Origin: an uncultured delta proteobacterium
GTDB lineage: Bacteria > Myxococcota_A > Polyangia > Polyangiales > Polyangiaceae
DNA length: 64,000 bases
Direction of reading: 5' to 3'
Assembly (NCBI GenBank): GCA_963696385.1
Contig: CAVOKF010000005.1
Location: 992,001 to 1,056,000, forward strand
This document shows positions 32,309 through 42,394 of the stretch, one piece after another; the stretch's first letter is position 1, and the number at the start of each line of letters is the position of its first letter. A program made the position numbers and the translations under genes. The notes under the pieces are model-generated. The model worked only from the letters and a program-made list of their open reading frames with translations. It had not been told where the DNA came from and did no database searches.

Positions 32309-33637
32309 ATGCTCGACCGATTCTTGCCTCACCCATCCCCGTTCGAGCGCTTGCTGGCGCGCGGCTTGCGCCCGTTCGCGAAGGTCGAACCGGCGGAGGC
32401 CGTCACCGCGTCGGGCATGCTGGTCATCGTGCTGTTGTTGATGACCGCGTATTACTTGCTCAAGACGGCGCGGGAGCCGCTGATTTTGCTCCAGGGCGGA
32501 GCGGAGGTGAAACTCTACGCCGAGGCGGGGCAAGCGCTGCTCCTGATCGGGGTGGTGCGGGCCTACAGCGCAATCGCCCGACGTGTCGGGCGACTCAAGC
32601 TTCTGGCCACCGTTTACCTGTTTTTCGCGTCGAACATGGTGGTGTTCGCGGTGCTGGCCCGCACCCGGATCCACATCGGCCTCGCATTCTTTCTCTGGGT
32701 CGGGATTTTCAGCTACACGTCCATCGCTCAGTTCTGGGCATTCGCCGCCGACATTTACAGCGAGGACCAAGGCAAGCGTCTATTTCCGATCGTCGGGGTC
32801 GGTAGTTCAGTGGGCGCGGTTGTCGGCGCGCGCGCCGCAAAAGCGATCGTGCCTTTCGGCGCATACGCACTCATGTACGGCGCTGCGCTGCTCGTGGTCG
32901 TGTGTGTCCTGCTGCTGGCTTGGGTCGACCGGCGAGCCCGCGCCGACGATGCGAAGGCTGGAGGTCACGCCAAAGTGCAGCCCGACGAGCCGGTCGGGGA
33001 CGACACCCCTTTGCGTCTTCTCGCCCGCGACAAGTACCTGATCCTCATCGGGGCGCTTACCTTGATACTCAATTGCGTCAGCGGCTTGGGCGATTACATT
33101 CTGGACCGCACCCTGCTCTCGCACCTGGGTGACGCCCGGGCCCTCGGGATGTCGCCCACGACATTTATCGGATCGTTCAAGGCCAGCTACTTCGGCTGGT
33201 ACAACCTCGTCGGCGTCGTACTGCAGCTGTTCGTCGTGTCGCGCATCCTTTTGCGGTACGGCGTTCGCGGGGCACTTCTCTGCCTACCCGTCGTCGCATC
33301 GATGGGCTTCTGCGCGTTCACGCTGGTGCCGGTGCTGCCCCTCATCCGCGCAGTCATGATCGCCGAGCGAAGTCTCGACTACTCGCTGACCAACACCTCC
33401 CGCAACGCCCTGTTTCTCGTCGCGACGCGCGTCGAGAAATACGTGGGCAAAACGCTCGTCGATACGGTCGGCGCCCGATCGGGGGACGTCGTGTCGGCGT
33501 TCGTCGTCTTGCTGGGGACGCGCATTGGAATGCCGACGGCGGGCTTCTCCGCGATCTGCGTGTGTTTCACCGGAGCTTGGATTGCGGTCGTCGTGGCGAT
33601 TGGGGTCGAGCACCAGCGTCGAATCGCGTCTTCCTGA
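32309..33637 (+). CDS. TLC (ATP/ADP, NTP/NDP exchange) family MFS carrier
   Basis: AYYLLKTAREPL; FFLWVGIF; QFWAFAADIY..DQGKRLF; DYSL; EKY.GK..VDT...R.GD. Confidence 0.85.
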   Translation: MLDRFLPHPSPFERLLARGLRPFAKVEPAEAVTASGMLVIVLLLMTAYYLLKTAREPLILLQGGAEVKLYAEAGQALLLIGVVRAYSAIARRVGRLKLLATVYLFFASNMVVFAVLARTRIHIGLAFFLWVGIFSYTSIAQFWAFAADIYSEDQGKRLFPIVGVGSSVGAVVGARAAKAIVPFGAYALMYGAALLVVVCVLLLAWVDRRARADDAKAGGHAKVQPDEPVGDDTPLRLLARDKYLILIGALTLILNCVSGLGDYILDRTLLSHLGDARALGMSPTTFIGSFKASYFGWYNLVGVVLQLFVVSRILLRYGVRGALLCLPVVASMGFCAFTLVPVLPLIRAVMIAERSLDYSLTNTSRNALFLVATRVEKYVGKTLVDTVGARSGDVVSAFVVLLGTRIGMPTAGFSAICVCFTGAWIAVVVAIGVEHQRRIASS

Positions 33638-34060
33638 AGTTGCATCGAGTCCGCGCGCGCGGGCGGCAGCGGTTGACGAGACGAGGATCCACCTTCACTT
33701 CGGGCGAACCGTCGGAAAAAAAGGGTCGGAGCGCCAGCGTCGGATGAGAACGTGGACCGTCCGGCGCACACCCTCCGTGGGGTCCGAGACGAGCCGGGCT
33801 TGGGTCCCTGCGACGACCCGTCGCAACCGACGTGAAGGGCGCATCAAATTGCGCCGCACCGGAGATGCTAAAAAGTGCATCAAGATATATTCGATCGATA
33901 CGATTTCCGCAGTGACGGGGATCGCGCCGCACCGCGCGTAGCCTCGTAATTGAGGCAGTTTGTAGGGTCATGTTTCGAGACCGAGTCCAGATCAAGACGT
34001 GAAGATTGCATATGTTTTAACTCATCGCGCGGCGCCGCATTTACTCCATTGGGGTGCACT

Positions 34061-34077
34061 TTTATCAAATTTTTAGT
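34061..34077 (+). promoter_or_regulatory. KdpE-box-like direct repeat upstream of beta-barrel 1
   Basis: TTTATC-aaatt-TTTAGT, similar to the E. coli KdpE site TTTATA-N5-TTTACA. Confidence 0.55.
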
Positions 34078-34235
34078 GCCCGATCGCCTACTGTCCACAC
34101 GGGTGCGAGGCCGCTGCAAGACACGGTTCTGTGGTCGGTGAACTCGCCCAGCGGCGACGGCGCCGCCGCGCGTTCTCGCCGGAGGCCGCGCCCGGCGGTG
34201 CGCCGGTGCGCCGCGCCCTCATCAGGAGTATCAAG

Positions 34236-35777
34236 ATGCTTGGCTCGCTCTCTCGCGCTCGTTGCGCGTGGATCGTCGCATTCGTGGTCTGGGGGGCGGA
34301 GTCGGTCGCGTACGCGCAGTCGACCGTTCCGCGGGAGTCGGCGCCAGCCCCACCGGCGGTGCCGCCGGAGCCAACGACGACTCCATTCTCGGCACCAGCG
34401 CCGCAGTCGCCCCGTCCGTCCGAGCCGACGCTCGCCTCCGCTCCCACGCAGAGCACGGCGCCTCTGCCGGCCGGGCCGGCTGCGGCGGCCTCGGTCGAGA
34501 AGCCGGCGGAGCCGTTCGCGTTCGGCGACTTTGCTTGGCTCAACGGGGCGAACCGGCAGCACAAATCGCTGCTCGACAGCGAATATTTCACGGGCAGTTT
34601 CCTGCTCGATGTCAACTATGCCTACGGGTTCAATCGGCCCATCGACGACACGGTCGTCGGATCGACTGCGATCTCTCGATACAACGAGGTGACGCTCCAA
34701 TTTCTCGGTTTTGGCGGGGACTTCCACTGGGGCAACACCCGCGGCCGATTCATGACGCAGTTTGGCACTCGGTCGACGCAGATCCCCCGGAACGATGGGA
34801 GCATCCTTCGCGGGCAGTTCGATCTGGCGACGGCGCTTCGGTACGTGAGCGAGGCATACGGCGGCCACCACTGGGACGTGTGGCACGGCGTCAACCTCGA
34901 CGTCGGCATTTTCATGTCCTACGTCGGGCTATTTTCGTACGCGAGCTTCGAGAACTGGGCGTACCAGCCGTCCTTTACGTCCGACAACACACCTTGGTTC
35001 TTCAACGGCGCCCGCCTCCAGGCATTCCCGACCGACAAGTTCAAGGCGGAGCTCTGGCTCATTAATGGATGGCAGACGTACGGCAAGTTCAACGAGCTGC
35101 CCGGAGTGGGGTTTCAGGTGCTTTGGCGCCCGGACGAGTCGTGGGAGTTCGTCTCCAACGGCTACGTCGGCTGGGACACCCAAGACGACCCGGGCCGGAT
35201 GCGGTTCCACAGCGACAACAGCATCGAGCTTCGGTACTTCAATTCGCCGGGCTCACTGCTTCATCGAGCCGCCTTCTCGGTGACGGGCGACATCGGTGGC
35301 GAGCAAGGCGATGGCGTCACCCCCTTCGGCGGCGGCGGCAAAGAGGGGGGCTGCACGGAATCGACGCCGTGCACGCAGAACTTCGTGAGCGGAATGGTGT
35401 ACCACCGCATGTGGTTCTGGGAGGATCACATCGGGTGGACGTTCGGCGGGGGCACCATGCACAACCCCGGGCGGTACCTCGTCCTTGCGCCCACCGGCGC
35501 GGCGACGCCGGGCACGCCGGTCACGGGGTTCGACATGAGCACGGGAACGAAATTCGACGCGTGGGACGCTTCGACGACCATCCAGTGGATGCCCAATGAA
35601 CTGGAGACGTGGGAGATCGAATATGTCCACCGTGAAGCGAGCGTTCCGTACTTCGCTGGACACGGCGGAGTGACCTCGCCGGATGGATACACGACGACGA
35701 CCGTGCCACGCGGATGGCAGCCGGACCTGGTGCGATCCGAGTCCAAGATCATTGCCGCTCTTCTCATCCGATTTTGA
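34236..35777 (+). CDS. Outer-membrane beta-barrel protein (putative porin, BBP2/DUF1597-like), copy 1
   Basis: SD aggag; signal peptide AYAQ; Pro-rich linker; PFAFGDFAWLNG; GIFMSYVGLFSY; SDNTPWFFNG; C-terminal LLIRF. Confidence 0.85.
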   Translation: MLGSLSRARCAWIVAFVVWGAESVAYAQSTVPRESAPAPPAVPPEPTTTPFSAPAPQSPRPSEPTLASAPTQSTAPLPAGPAAAASVEKPAEPFAFGDFAWLNGANRQHKSLLDSEYFTGSFLLDVNYAYGFNRPIDDTVVGSTAISRYNEVTLQFLGFGGDFHWGNTRGRFMTQFGTRSTQIPRNDGSILRGQFDLATALRYVSEAYGGHHWDVWHGVNLDVGIFMSYVGLFSYASFENWAYQPSFTSDNTPWFFNGARLQAFPTDKFKAELWLINGWQTYGKFNELPGVGFQVLWRPDESWEFVSNGYVGWDTQDDPGRMRFHSDNSIELRYFNSPGSLLHRAAFSVTGDIGGEQGDGVTPFGGGGKEGGCTESTPCTQNFVSGMVYHRMWFWEDHIGWTFGGGTMHNPGRYLVLAPTGAATPGTPVTGFDMSTGTKFDAWDASTTIQWMPNELETWEIEYVHREASVPYFAGHGGVTSPDGYTTTTVPRGWQPDLVRSESKIIAALLIRF

Positions 35778-35896
35778 GGCCTCCGCAGGCGAATCTGGGT
35801 GAGCCGAGTCGGGCTCGGAGAGGTCCGTGCGCGTAATAGAGGAGCAATTTCTGCGTCGTAGGCTCTGGCGGCGCACCGTAGGCGTCGGGTAATCGA

Positions 35897-36538
35897 ATGG
35901 AGAGCGTCATGAAAGCGGCAATGGACTCTTCGACTTGGATCCGCCTCGGCGGCGTTTTGCTGGCCGTGGCGATTGCGTGCTTGGTCGTTTCGGCCGGCTG
36001 CTCTGCGACGGCCGATGGGGACCGATGCGATCCGCTCCTCAGTCACGACGAGTGTGCGAACTCGCCGACCGAGCAATGCACCTGGATCACATCCACGAAC
36101 CCGGACGGCACGCCGACCCCCGCGAACGCATGTGCCGCCGGCTTGGCATTTTGCTGCGCGCAAGACGCGAACGGCACCATCACGAGCACCTCGGCGAACT
36201 GCCAATTTCTGGCGCAGTGCCAGAAGGCGACGTACTGCCAGACCGACCCGGAGCCGGACGCGGGAGACGACGGGGGCCTCACGGCATTCGTGACCGGGCA
36301 GTTCTGCCGGCTCGGGACCCCCACAACGCCGGAACCCGACGCGGGGTCGTCTTCACCCGATGCATCAGACGGATTTTCCACAGCGGACGCGGCGGACGGG
36401 TCTTCCGCTCTTGATACGGGGTCCTCGGCACCGGACGCGGCAGACGGGTCGGACGCGGCAGACGGGTCGGATGCGGCAGACGGGTCGGACGCGGCAGACG
36501 GGTCTACGCCGGACGCAGCAGACGGTACCGGGGATTGA
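35897..36538 (+). CDS. Cys-rich lipoprotein with DAADGS repeat tail (porin-linked, copy 1)
   Basis: SAGC lipobox; GDRCDPLLSHDEC; FCCAQDANGTIT...CQ; acidic repeat tail. Confidence 0.75.
   Translation: MESVMKAAMDSSTWIRLGGVLLAVAIACLVVSAGCSATADGDRCDPLLSHDECANSPTEQCTWITSTNPDGTPTPANACAAGLAFCCAQDANGTITSTSANCQFLAQCQKATYCQTDPEPDAGDDGGLTAFVTGQFCRLGTPTTPEPDAGSSSPDASDGFSTADAADGSSALDTGSSAPDAADGSDAADGSDAADGSDAADGSTPDAADGTGD
36431..36528 (+). repeat. 18-bp coding tandem repeat (DAADGS)
   Basis: gacgcggcagacgggtcg, ~4-5 copies. Confidence 0.85.
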
Positions 36539-36659
36539 GTGTCCGCGCGGGGGGACCACGACGGCGCAGCAGACACCCGATCCGGGGAGGCGATGAAACG
36601 CCGAGCGCGACCGCGGACCCTGCTGCGCTTTTTCGTGTGGGTGGACACAGATGGGGAAG

Positions 36660-37088
36660 TCATTGGGCGGTCGCATCGGACGGCACGGTCGCATCGGACG
36701 GCACGGTCGCATCGGACGGCACGGTCGCATCGGACGGCACGGTCGCATCGGACGGCACGGTCGCGTCCGGACTGCCGCCGCTGTCCTCCGGGTTGAACGC
36801 AAGGGCCTGGCATGTCGGGACATCGGCCCCGCAGGGTCCGCTGGAGCATGCGTAACCGGGGCCAAGGGACATGGCGCACTCGGTATCGGTGCTGCAAAGC
36901 GTCAGACATTCCTTGCCGAGCCCGGTGCACCCGCCGTCGGTCGAAGGCAACGACTCGGACAGACACCGGAGCCCCGACCCGCAGTCGCCGTCTTCTGTGC
37001 ACGACACGCCTTGGAGCCCGGAGCTACCCGGGCCGCATGCGACGAGAACAACGAGAACGGCGACTGCCAGCGAGGCCGTTCGGTGCAT
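36660..37088 (-). CDS. Cys-rich lipoprotein with DATVPS repeat tail
   Basis: LVAC lipobox; SCTEDGDCGSGLRC; CLTLCSTDTEC; tail (DATVPS)n. Confidence 0.7.
   Translation of the reverse strand: MHRTASLAVAVLVVLVACGPGSSGLQGVSCTEDGDCGSGLRCLSESLPSTDGGCTGLGKECLTLCSTDTECAMSLGPGYACSSGPCGADVPTCQALAFNPEDSGGSPDATVPSDATVPSDATVPSDATVPSDATVPSDATAQ
36668..36770. repeat. 18-bp tandem repeat (DATVPS on the minus strand)
   Basis: cggtcgcatcggacggca, 5 full copies plus a partial copy. Confidence 0.9.
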
Positions 37089-37167
37089 CGCCGCTACCGC
37101 TACTGCGAATGCCGTGAAAGGTCGACTTCGAGGTGAGACGCCCATACGCCAGGCGGTGGTCACCCAG

Positions 37168-37665
37168 TCACCGCCGCCGCGCCGCGAAACGTTGCGCGCG
37201 TTCGACCAGGCGTTGCGCTTTCTCGCGGTCGTCGATCAGGACCGTCACGACGTACCCATCGCCGGTTGAAGTCGCTTTGATATCAACCCATGACCCGGGC
37301 AATACGTAGGGGTCGTCGGGTATCGCTCGGGCGCTGCCGAGGGTGACCAGGGACTCGTGGCATTCGGCGCTGCGCTCGAGCGCATCCGCCGATAGGATGG
37401 CCTTCGGTCGAAAGCGCAAGCGGGCTCCCCGGAGCCGCATGGACCGGTCCATGCCGGACGGGACGTAGAAGTAGGCCGGCTCGACGCCTTCGAGATCCGA
37501 TGTCGAAAGGGCCAGAGCGTCGACGGCCTCGTCGGGGTGGTCGCAGCGCGAAGCGATCTCGCGGGCGCGGTCGACGGGCGTACGCATGTCCGGCCAAATA
37601 GGATTGTACGCGCAGCCCACCCAGGCGATCGAGACACCCGCGATCCAAGGCATCGTTCCGTTCAT
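37168..37665 (-). CDS. Uncharacterised lipoprotein family 'CH-DPY-W', paralogue 1
   Basis: WVGC lipobox; RLRGARLRFRP; ERSAECHE; DDPYVLPGSWVDI; AQRLVERA. Confidence 0.75.
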   Translation of the reverse strand: MNGTMPWIAGVSIAWVGCAYNPIWPDMRTPVDRAREIASRCDHPDEAVDALALSTSDLEGVEPAYFYVPSGMDRSMRLRGARLRFRPKAILSADALERSAECHESLVTLGSARAIPDDPYVLPGSWVDIKATSTGDGYVVTVLIDDREKAQRLVERAQRFAARRR

Positions 37666-37767
37666 GATGCGTCGAGATCCATCGGAGGCGTGCTAGCCGA
37701 TGGTCGCTACGGCGCGCCGACAGGCCGTTTCTCGCGATTACGAAATCTGTCTGAAACAAATACCCGA

Positions 37768-38352
37768 TTATTCGGCCAGCGCGCGCGCTCGCTCGATGAT
37801 CTGCCGGGCGGCTGTAACGTCTCGGGCCGTAATCGCGATGCGGAATCCGTCGCCTGTCGCGGACAGAGCGACGCGCGCGTCGTCAACGAACAAGGGGCTC
37901 GTTCGGTCCGCGACACGGTCGCCGACCACCGCATGGTGGGCCAAATGGCACTCAAGAACGCGGCCCAGTGACTGCTCAGTCATTCCGGGGGCTGCCCGCA
38001 GGTACACGGCGACGCCGGCGGGTTGAAGAATCGGGTCCTTCGGATAAGGGCGTACGCTGAGCGGCTCGATGGCGGCGATTCGGTCGCGACGGGCGAGCGG
38101 CCCCTGGTCGCGGTCGGACTCCGGCACCTCGGCGCATGTGGCTTGTTCGACTTCGCGCAGCCGCTCGGCCGCGGCCCAGTGGCTGTAGGTGGTCGCGCCG
38201 AATGCACCCGGCGGCGACAACCCGTTCGCCGCTAGCTCGTGGTTTTCGGCGGTCGTGCGGCGAATCGAGTCGGATTGCGTGGCGCAAGCGCCTGTCGTGA
38301 GACCCGCGAACAGCGCAGCAAGGACCAACACGAACGAATTCGCTCTCATCAT
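37768..38352 (-). CDS. Uncharacterised lipoprotein family, paralogue 2 (divergent)
   Basis: TGAC lipobox; GVAVYLRAAPGMT; RVLECHLA; GDGFRIAI; ARQIIERA. Confidence 0.75.
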   Translation of the reverse strand: MMRANSFVLVLAALFAGLTTGACATQSDSIRRTTAENHELAANGLSPPGAFGATTYSHWAAAERLREVEQATCAEVPESDRDQGPLARRDRIAAIEPLSVRPYPKDPILQPAGVAVYLRAAPGMTEQSLGRVLECHLAHHAVVGDRVADRTSPLFVDDARVALSATGDGFRIAITARDVTAARQIIERARALAE

Positions 38353-38458
38353 GAACAACTTCCATCTCCGCGCGCGACAAGGGTTGCAGGGGTGCTCGCC
38401 GTACCCGACACACTAGCCACGAAATACATATTCGATGCGCAAATAGACTGCCTTGATT

Positions 38459-38475
38459 CGTAATGAAACTATAAA
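38459..38475 (-). promoter_or_regulatory. KdpE-box-like repeat upstream of paralogues 2 and 1
   Basis: Minus strand TTTATA-gtttc-ATTACG. Confidence 0.45.
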
Positions 38476-38698
38476 CGCTCGCGAGCGCGCACCTTTGTTT
38501 CGACGCCGCGCGGGTCGCGGTTTCGTGGGCGGACTGGATCCAGACCGGCAGCGGCGTGGATTCGCGAAGTTTCGTTGTCGATTGCGGCGTTCAGCAGATG
38601 AGCGAGAGCTCCGTGAGGGCGCATTCGGGCCTGCGGACCTGCTTGAGAGCGGCTCGGATCACGCGCCATCAACGTGACCCGAGATGCGCCGATGTGCG

Positions 38699-38715
38699 AA
38701 TAAAAATGGGATAAA
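38699..38715 (-). promoter_or_regulatory. KdpE-box-like repeat
   Basis: Minus strand TTTATC-ccatt-TTTATT. Confidence 0.55.
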
Positions 38716-38780
38716 TAGTTGGGGTCTTGTCATCCGGCGCCCGTAATATGGATCGCTTGAGCCCCCCGTCCGTTTCTCAA

Positions 38781-38797
38781 TTTACGGCCTTTTGATT
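38781..38797 (+). promoter_or_regulatory. KdpE-box-like repeat upstream of response regulator 1
   Basis: TTTACG-gcctt-TTGATT. Confidence 0.5.
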
Positions 38798-38863
38798 GCC
38801 CGCCGCACTACAAAGAAAAGCGCCGATGATTCGCCGATGCCCCCCCCAGGCTGGTGTTCCGCG

Positions 38864-39571
38864 ATGAATGGGCAGTTCGCCGCGGAGCCTTTGGTCCTTG
38901 TGGTCGAGGACGACCTTCCGCCCGGGCGATCGATCGTGTCCAACCTGATCGGCTTCGGCTTTCGCGTCGAGCAAGCGCCAGCGCGTGTCAGCGCGCTCAC
39001 TCGAGCGGTCGGCCATGAGCCCGACATCGTCGTGCTCGACGCTGTCCACCTGGGCGCGGACGCCGTGAGGTTGATGGCGAGGATTCGCGCTTGGACCGCC
39101 ACGCCTATCGTGGCCATTGTCGACGCATCGCGACCGAGCCAGCGAGGGGCCCTTCTCGACGCGGGAGCGAACGATTACATCGTTCGCCCCTTCGCGTGGA
39201 CGGATCTCGCGGGACGCTTGCGCGTTTGGCTTCGCCAGAAGGGTCGAATGCACGCGCAGCGCTTTGCATTGCACTTGGCCACCGAGCGGCTGCGGATCGA
39301 TCGGGATCGCCGCACCATCGTCGTCGAGGGCCGCGAGGTACACATCACACCGCTTGAATGCAAGCTGCTGCTTATTCTGGCGCACAATCCGGGACGGGCG
39401 ATGACCGAAGACCAGATTCTGGCTGCCGTCTGGGGTCCGAAGGCGTCGCCCCGCGCGCAGTACCTGCGGGCCTATGTACGGCATCTCCGGCTCAAGTTGG
39501 AGAAGGACCCGACCCGGCCGAAGTACCTGGTGAGCGACGCGGGCGGAGGTTATCGATTGAACCTCGGCTAA
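38864..39571 (+). CDS. OmpR-family KdpE-like response regulator, atypical receiver
   Basis: VLVVEDD; DIVVLD; LDAGANDYIVRPF; wHTH AVWGP...QYLRAYVRHLRLKLEKDPTRPKYL...GGGYR. Confidence 0.88.
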   Translation: MNGQFAAEPLVLVVEDDLPPGRSIVSNLIGFGFRVEQAPARVSALTRAVGHEPDIVVLDAVHLGADAVRLMARIRAWTATPIVAIVDASRPSQRGALLDAGANDYIVRPFAWTDLAGRLRVWLRQKGRMHAQRFALHLATERLRIDRDRRTIVVEGREVHITPLECKLLLILAHNPGRAMTEDQILAAVWGPKASPRAQYLRAYVRHLRLKLEKDPTRPKYLVSDAGGGYRLNLG

Positions 39572-39904
39572 CGCCTGGGCTCTGCGCGCGGCGGACCGTC
39601 CGCGTGTCTGCGGTCGCGTCAAAGAGCGCTCTGTCCGGCGCTGAGCGCGGCATACGGTCTCGGTCATGGCCAATGCAATAATCGCATTAGCACAGCCTGC
39701 GGCCTGTCAACGAGCCGTACATTTCGATACGCGCCTCATCGGCGAATCGATTGGAGTACGAAAACACATAGCCCTCAAACGGACATCTGCGCGAAATGTT
39801 CGTGTGGGATCGGCTGTCCCAGCGGGCCGGCCGAAAGGGCAGCGACGACCCCTTGCCGGCTGCGATTGGGGAGCCCCGCCCGGTCGCGCGCCACACCCGG
39901 CGCC

Positions 39905-39921
39905 AGTAAATAACACGTAAA
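39905..39921 (-). promoter_or_regulatory. KdpE-box-like repeat
   Basis: Minus strand TTTACG-tgtta-TTTACT, the closest match to the canonical box. Confidence 0.55.
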
Positions 39922-40045
39922 ATGTACGACCAGACCCCCCCGTGCGCCTCGAAATGGCGCACCCGCCCGGAGTAACCTCACCGTTCCGAGGATGGCTTCG
40001 ACCGCGCGCCGGCTCGGAACGGCAAACAAGTCGCGCCTACGCGAA

Positions 40046-40780
40046 ATGTCGCACACCCACGGCCGCAGCGTGACTTTCGGGACCCACTGGCGTGGCGAGG
40101 CCTTGCTGCTCGTGAGCGCGTTCTCGATCGTTGGATGCGAGCCCGATGTGCAGGTCACGAGCAAAATGGCGGCGGACTTCCAACCCGCGCAGCACGCGGT
40201 GTCGGTTTTTGGCGTTTACAAGGATGGGCAGCTGAGCTCCGATTCGTGGGGGGCCGTGAAGGCGCAGCTTTCGCCCGTCTTCGGGGGAGCGATGTGCGAG
40301 GCGGCGTACACCGAATCCTTCATCACCGCGAACCCCGCGCTGTCGGCGGCCATCGCCGACGTGAGTCGCGACAACGGGTTCTCGGACGCCTTGCTGGCGA
40401 AAATCGCGGTCGGAGCCCGCGGCGACCTCGTGCTCGTGCTGACCGTCGCCGGCCAGCTGCCCACGCACCCGAAGGTTTCGCTTCCCAAAGAGGCGGAGTC
40501 GGGCCATCAAGCATCCCCCATGGGACCTCGCTCGACGATGGGGCGTCCCAAGCTGGAGGACCCAAACGCCATCGACTTGGCAGCGACGCTCTTTTCCGTC
40601 CCGGAGCACCGATCGGTTGCGGTCGTGGGCATCCGATACACCGGCCGGAACATCGACGAGGGCGTTGCTCAATTCGTTGCACGTCTCGCCCAAGCGCTTC
40701 CCGGCGCGAGATGCGCGGACTGGAACTGGGCCAACAAGCCGGACGCGGAGAGCGTCCGGCAGACCGCCAACCAAGACTGA
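40046..40780 (+). CDS. Hypothetical lipoprotein
   Basis: FSIVGC lipobox; VSVFGVYKDG; C-terminal LPGARCADWNW. Start uncertain. Confidence 0.65.
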   Translation: MSHTHGRSVTFGTHWRGEALLLVSAFSIVGCEPDVQVTSKMAADFQPAQHAVSVFGVYKDGQLSSDSWGAVKAQLSPVFGGAMCEAAYTESFITANPALSAAIADVSRDNGFSDALLAKIAVGARGDLVLVLTVAGQLPTHPKVSLPKEAESGHQASPMGPRSTMGRPKLEDPNAIDLAATLFSVPEHRSVAVVGIRYTGRNIDEGVAQFVARLAQALPGARCADWNWANKPDAESVRQTANQD

Positions 40781-40939
40781 CACGTCGATCGGGGGCGGTG
40801 AACGGGCGCGGCCGAGGGGCCCTGCCTGGTCGTGGATCATCGGGTGGAGATCGCGAGACTGCTGGGTCCCGCACCGCGGGCTAGCCTGCCCAGCCTCTCG
40901 GTTGCGTAACCTTCCGAGCGCCCGGACGTAACCTCCACC

Positions 40940-41470
40940 GTGGGCGTCAACGCAAACAAGGCCAAAGGCAGAGGGGCTTCGCTCGGGGCAATGGTCACCG
41001 CGCTGGGGCTCCTGGCCGGCGCTTGCGCCACGCCGGTGTCCTTGCCCGCGCGCGCGGCGAGCATGGCAGCCAACGAGTGCCGGGATGCGCTGCCCGCGGA
41101 AGAAGAGGCGCGAGCGATCGAGTCGATCCAGGTTCTCGAGGCCCGTCCGAAGTTCCATCAGAACGCGTGCAACGGTGTATGTACGGTCTGGGGCGTCTAC
41201 CTCGTCGTGCGGCCGCCGGGAGGCGTCGATCCCGAGCGCTTCGCCAGGATACTGCGATGCCACAACCTCCGCGTGCTCGACGGCGAGGTGGACGCGTCGC
41301 GGATACCGAACGACCCGTATGGCCTGCGCGACTCGTGGCTCGAGATCGAGGTGAAGCCCGACGCAGGCAATTACATCGTGACGCTGGTCGGCGACCATGT
41401 CTCGGACACGCTGCGCATCTTGCAGAGGGCGAAAGCCTACTCGGCAGCGCACCGGGCGGGAACGCTCTAG
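40940..41470 (+). CDS. Uncharacterised lipoprotein family, paralogue 3
   Basis: LAGAC lipobox; GVYLVVRPPGG; RILRCHN; NDPYGLRDSWLEIEV; GNYIVTL; ILQRA. Confidence 0.75.
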   Translation: MGVNANKAKGRGASLGAMVTALGLLAGACATPVSLPARAASMAANECRDALPAEEEARAIESIQVLEARPKFHQNACNGVCTVWGVYLVVRPPGGVDPERFARILRCHNLRVLDGEVDASRIPNDPYGLRDSWLEIEVKPDAGNYIVTLVGDHVSDTLRILQRAKAYSAAHRAGTL

Positions 41471-41679
41471 CCGCCGCTTCGTAGACGCATCGGCTCGTGC
41501 GCACGAGCGCGGTCATCGCACGGACGGACGGCCTGCCGTCGTCGTGGCGTGGAGCATTCGCCCGCCTGATTCGGGTCGGGGCGGAGGATTGGCGTGCGCA
41601 GTACGGAGGGTGCGTCAGGATCCTGGGGTGACTTCGTCTACGGGCGGGGTAGGCTCCTGGGCTCCTCCGAGGTGACCCC

Positions 41680-42204
41680 ATGGGAATCCATCCGCTAGCG
41701 ATCTCGACGGCGTCCGGTTTGGCCTTTGTGTTCGCGTGCGAGACAGGCGTACCGCCCGCGACGGCTGCTGCTGCTGCAGAGCACGAGCAGTGCGATTCCC
41801 GAGTGACCGCCCCCGCGGCGACGCAGCTCCTGCAGGCGAACGCCGTGCTGCGCATCCAGCCGCTTTACCATCACATCATCGTGAACCCGAACAACGCCGA
41901 AGAGCGGCCCTCCGGCGTCAAACTGGTACTCCGTCCGCCGACCGGCGTGACCGCCGAAGAGCTGACCCGAATTCTGCAATGCCACAGCGCCCGTGTGCTC
42001 CTGGGAAAGGTCAATCCAGCCGAGATACCGGACGACCCGTATTGGCTTGCCGACCGATGGCTGGACATCCAAGTGACACCGGAAAATGGCAACTTCGCCG
42101 TGACGGTATGCGCCGACTCCGTGGACGACAATATCGAGGTGCTAGGCCGCGCAACCCGATATGCGCACGAGCACATGCTTGCCATCGAGGAAAGCATCCC
42201 GTAG
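41680..42204 (+). CDS. Uncharacterised lipoprotein family, paralogue 4
   Basis: VFAC lipobox; GVKLVLRPPTGVT; RILQCHS; DDPYWLADRWLDIQV; GNFAVTV; VLGRA. Confidence 0.75.
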   Translation: MGIHPLAISTASGLAFVFACETGVPPATAAAAAEHEQCDSRVTAPAATQLLQANAVLRIQPLYHHIIVNPNNAEERPSGVKLVLRPPTGVTAEELTRILQCHSARVLLGKVNPAEIPDDPYWLADRWLDIQVTPENGNFAVTVCADSVDDNIEVLGRATRYAHEHMLAIEESIP

Positions 42205-42394
42205 CATCCGAGGCATGGACGGCATGGCGCCCGTTCGCCTGGACGCGGCAGGCGTCCTGGCCGGCCCGGGGGGCCCTCGCCCGCGAGTTCGCCCAGGCTG
42301 CGTGTTTCGGAGCGCGGCATCGAGGAACGCGAGCGAATCGCTGGCTCGGCGACGGTGAGGGCGGGGGCCGTCGCCAGCGTCCGCATCGGGTAGG

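Noticed and set aside
39687..39962. Small minus-strand ORF near the 39905 box
   Set aside because: No recognisable motif or SD, and it overlaps the putative box. Not supportable as a CDS.
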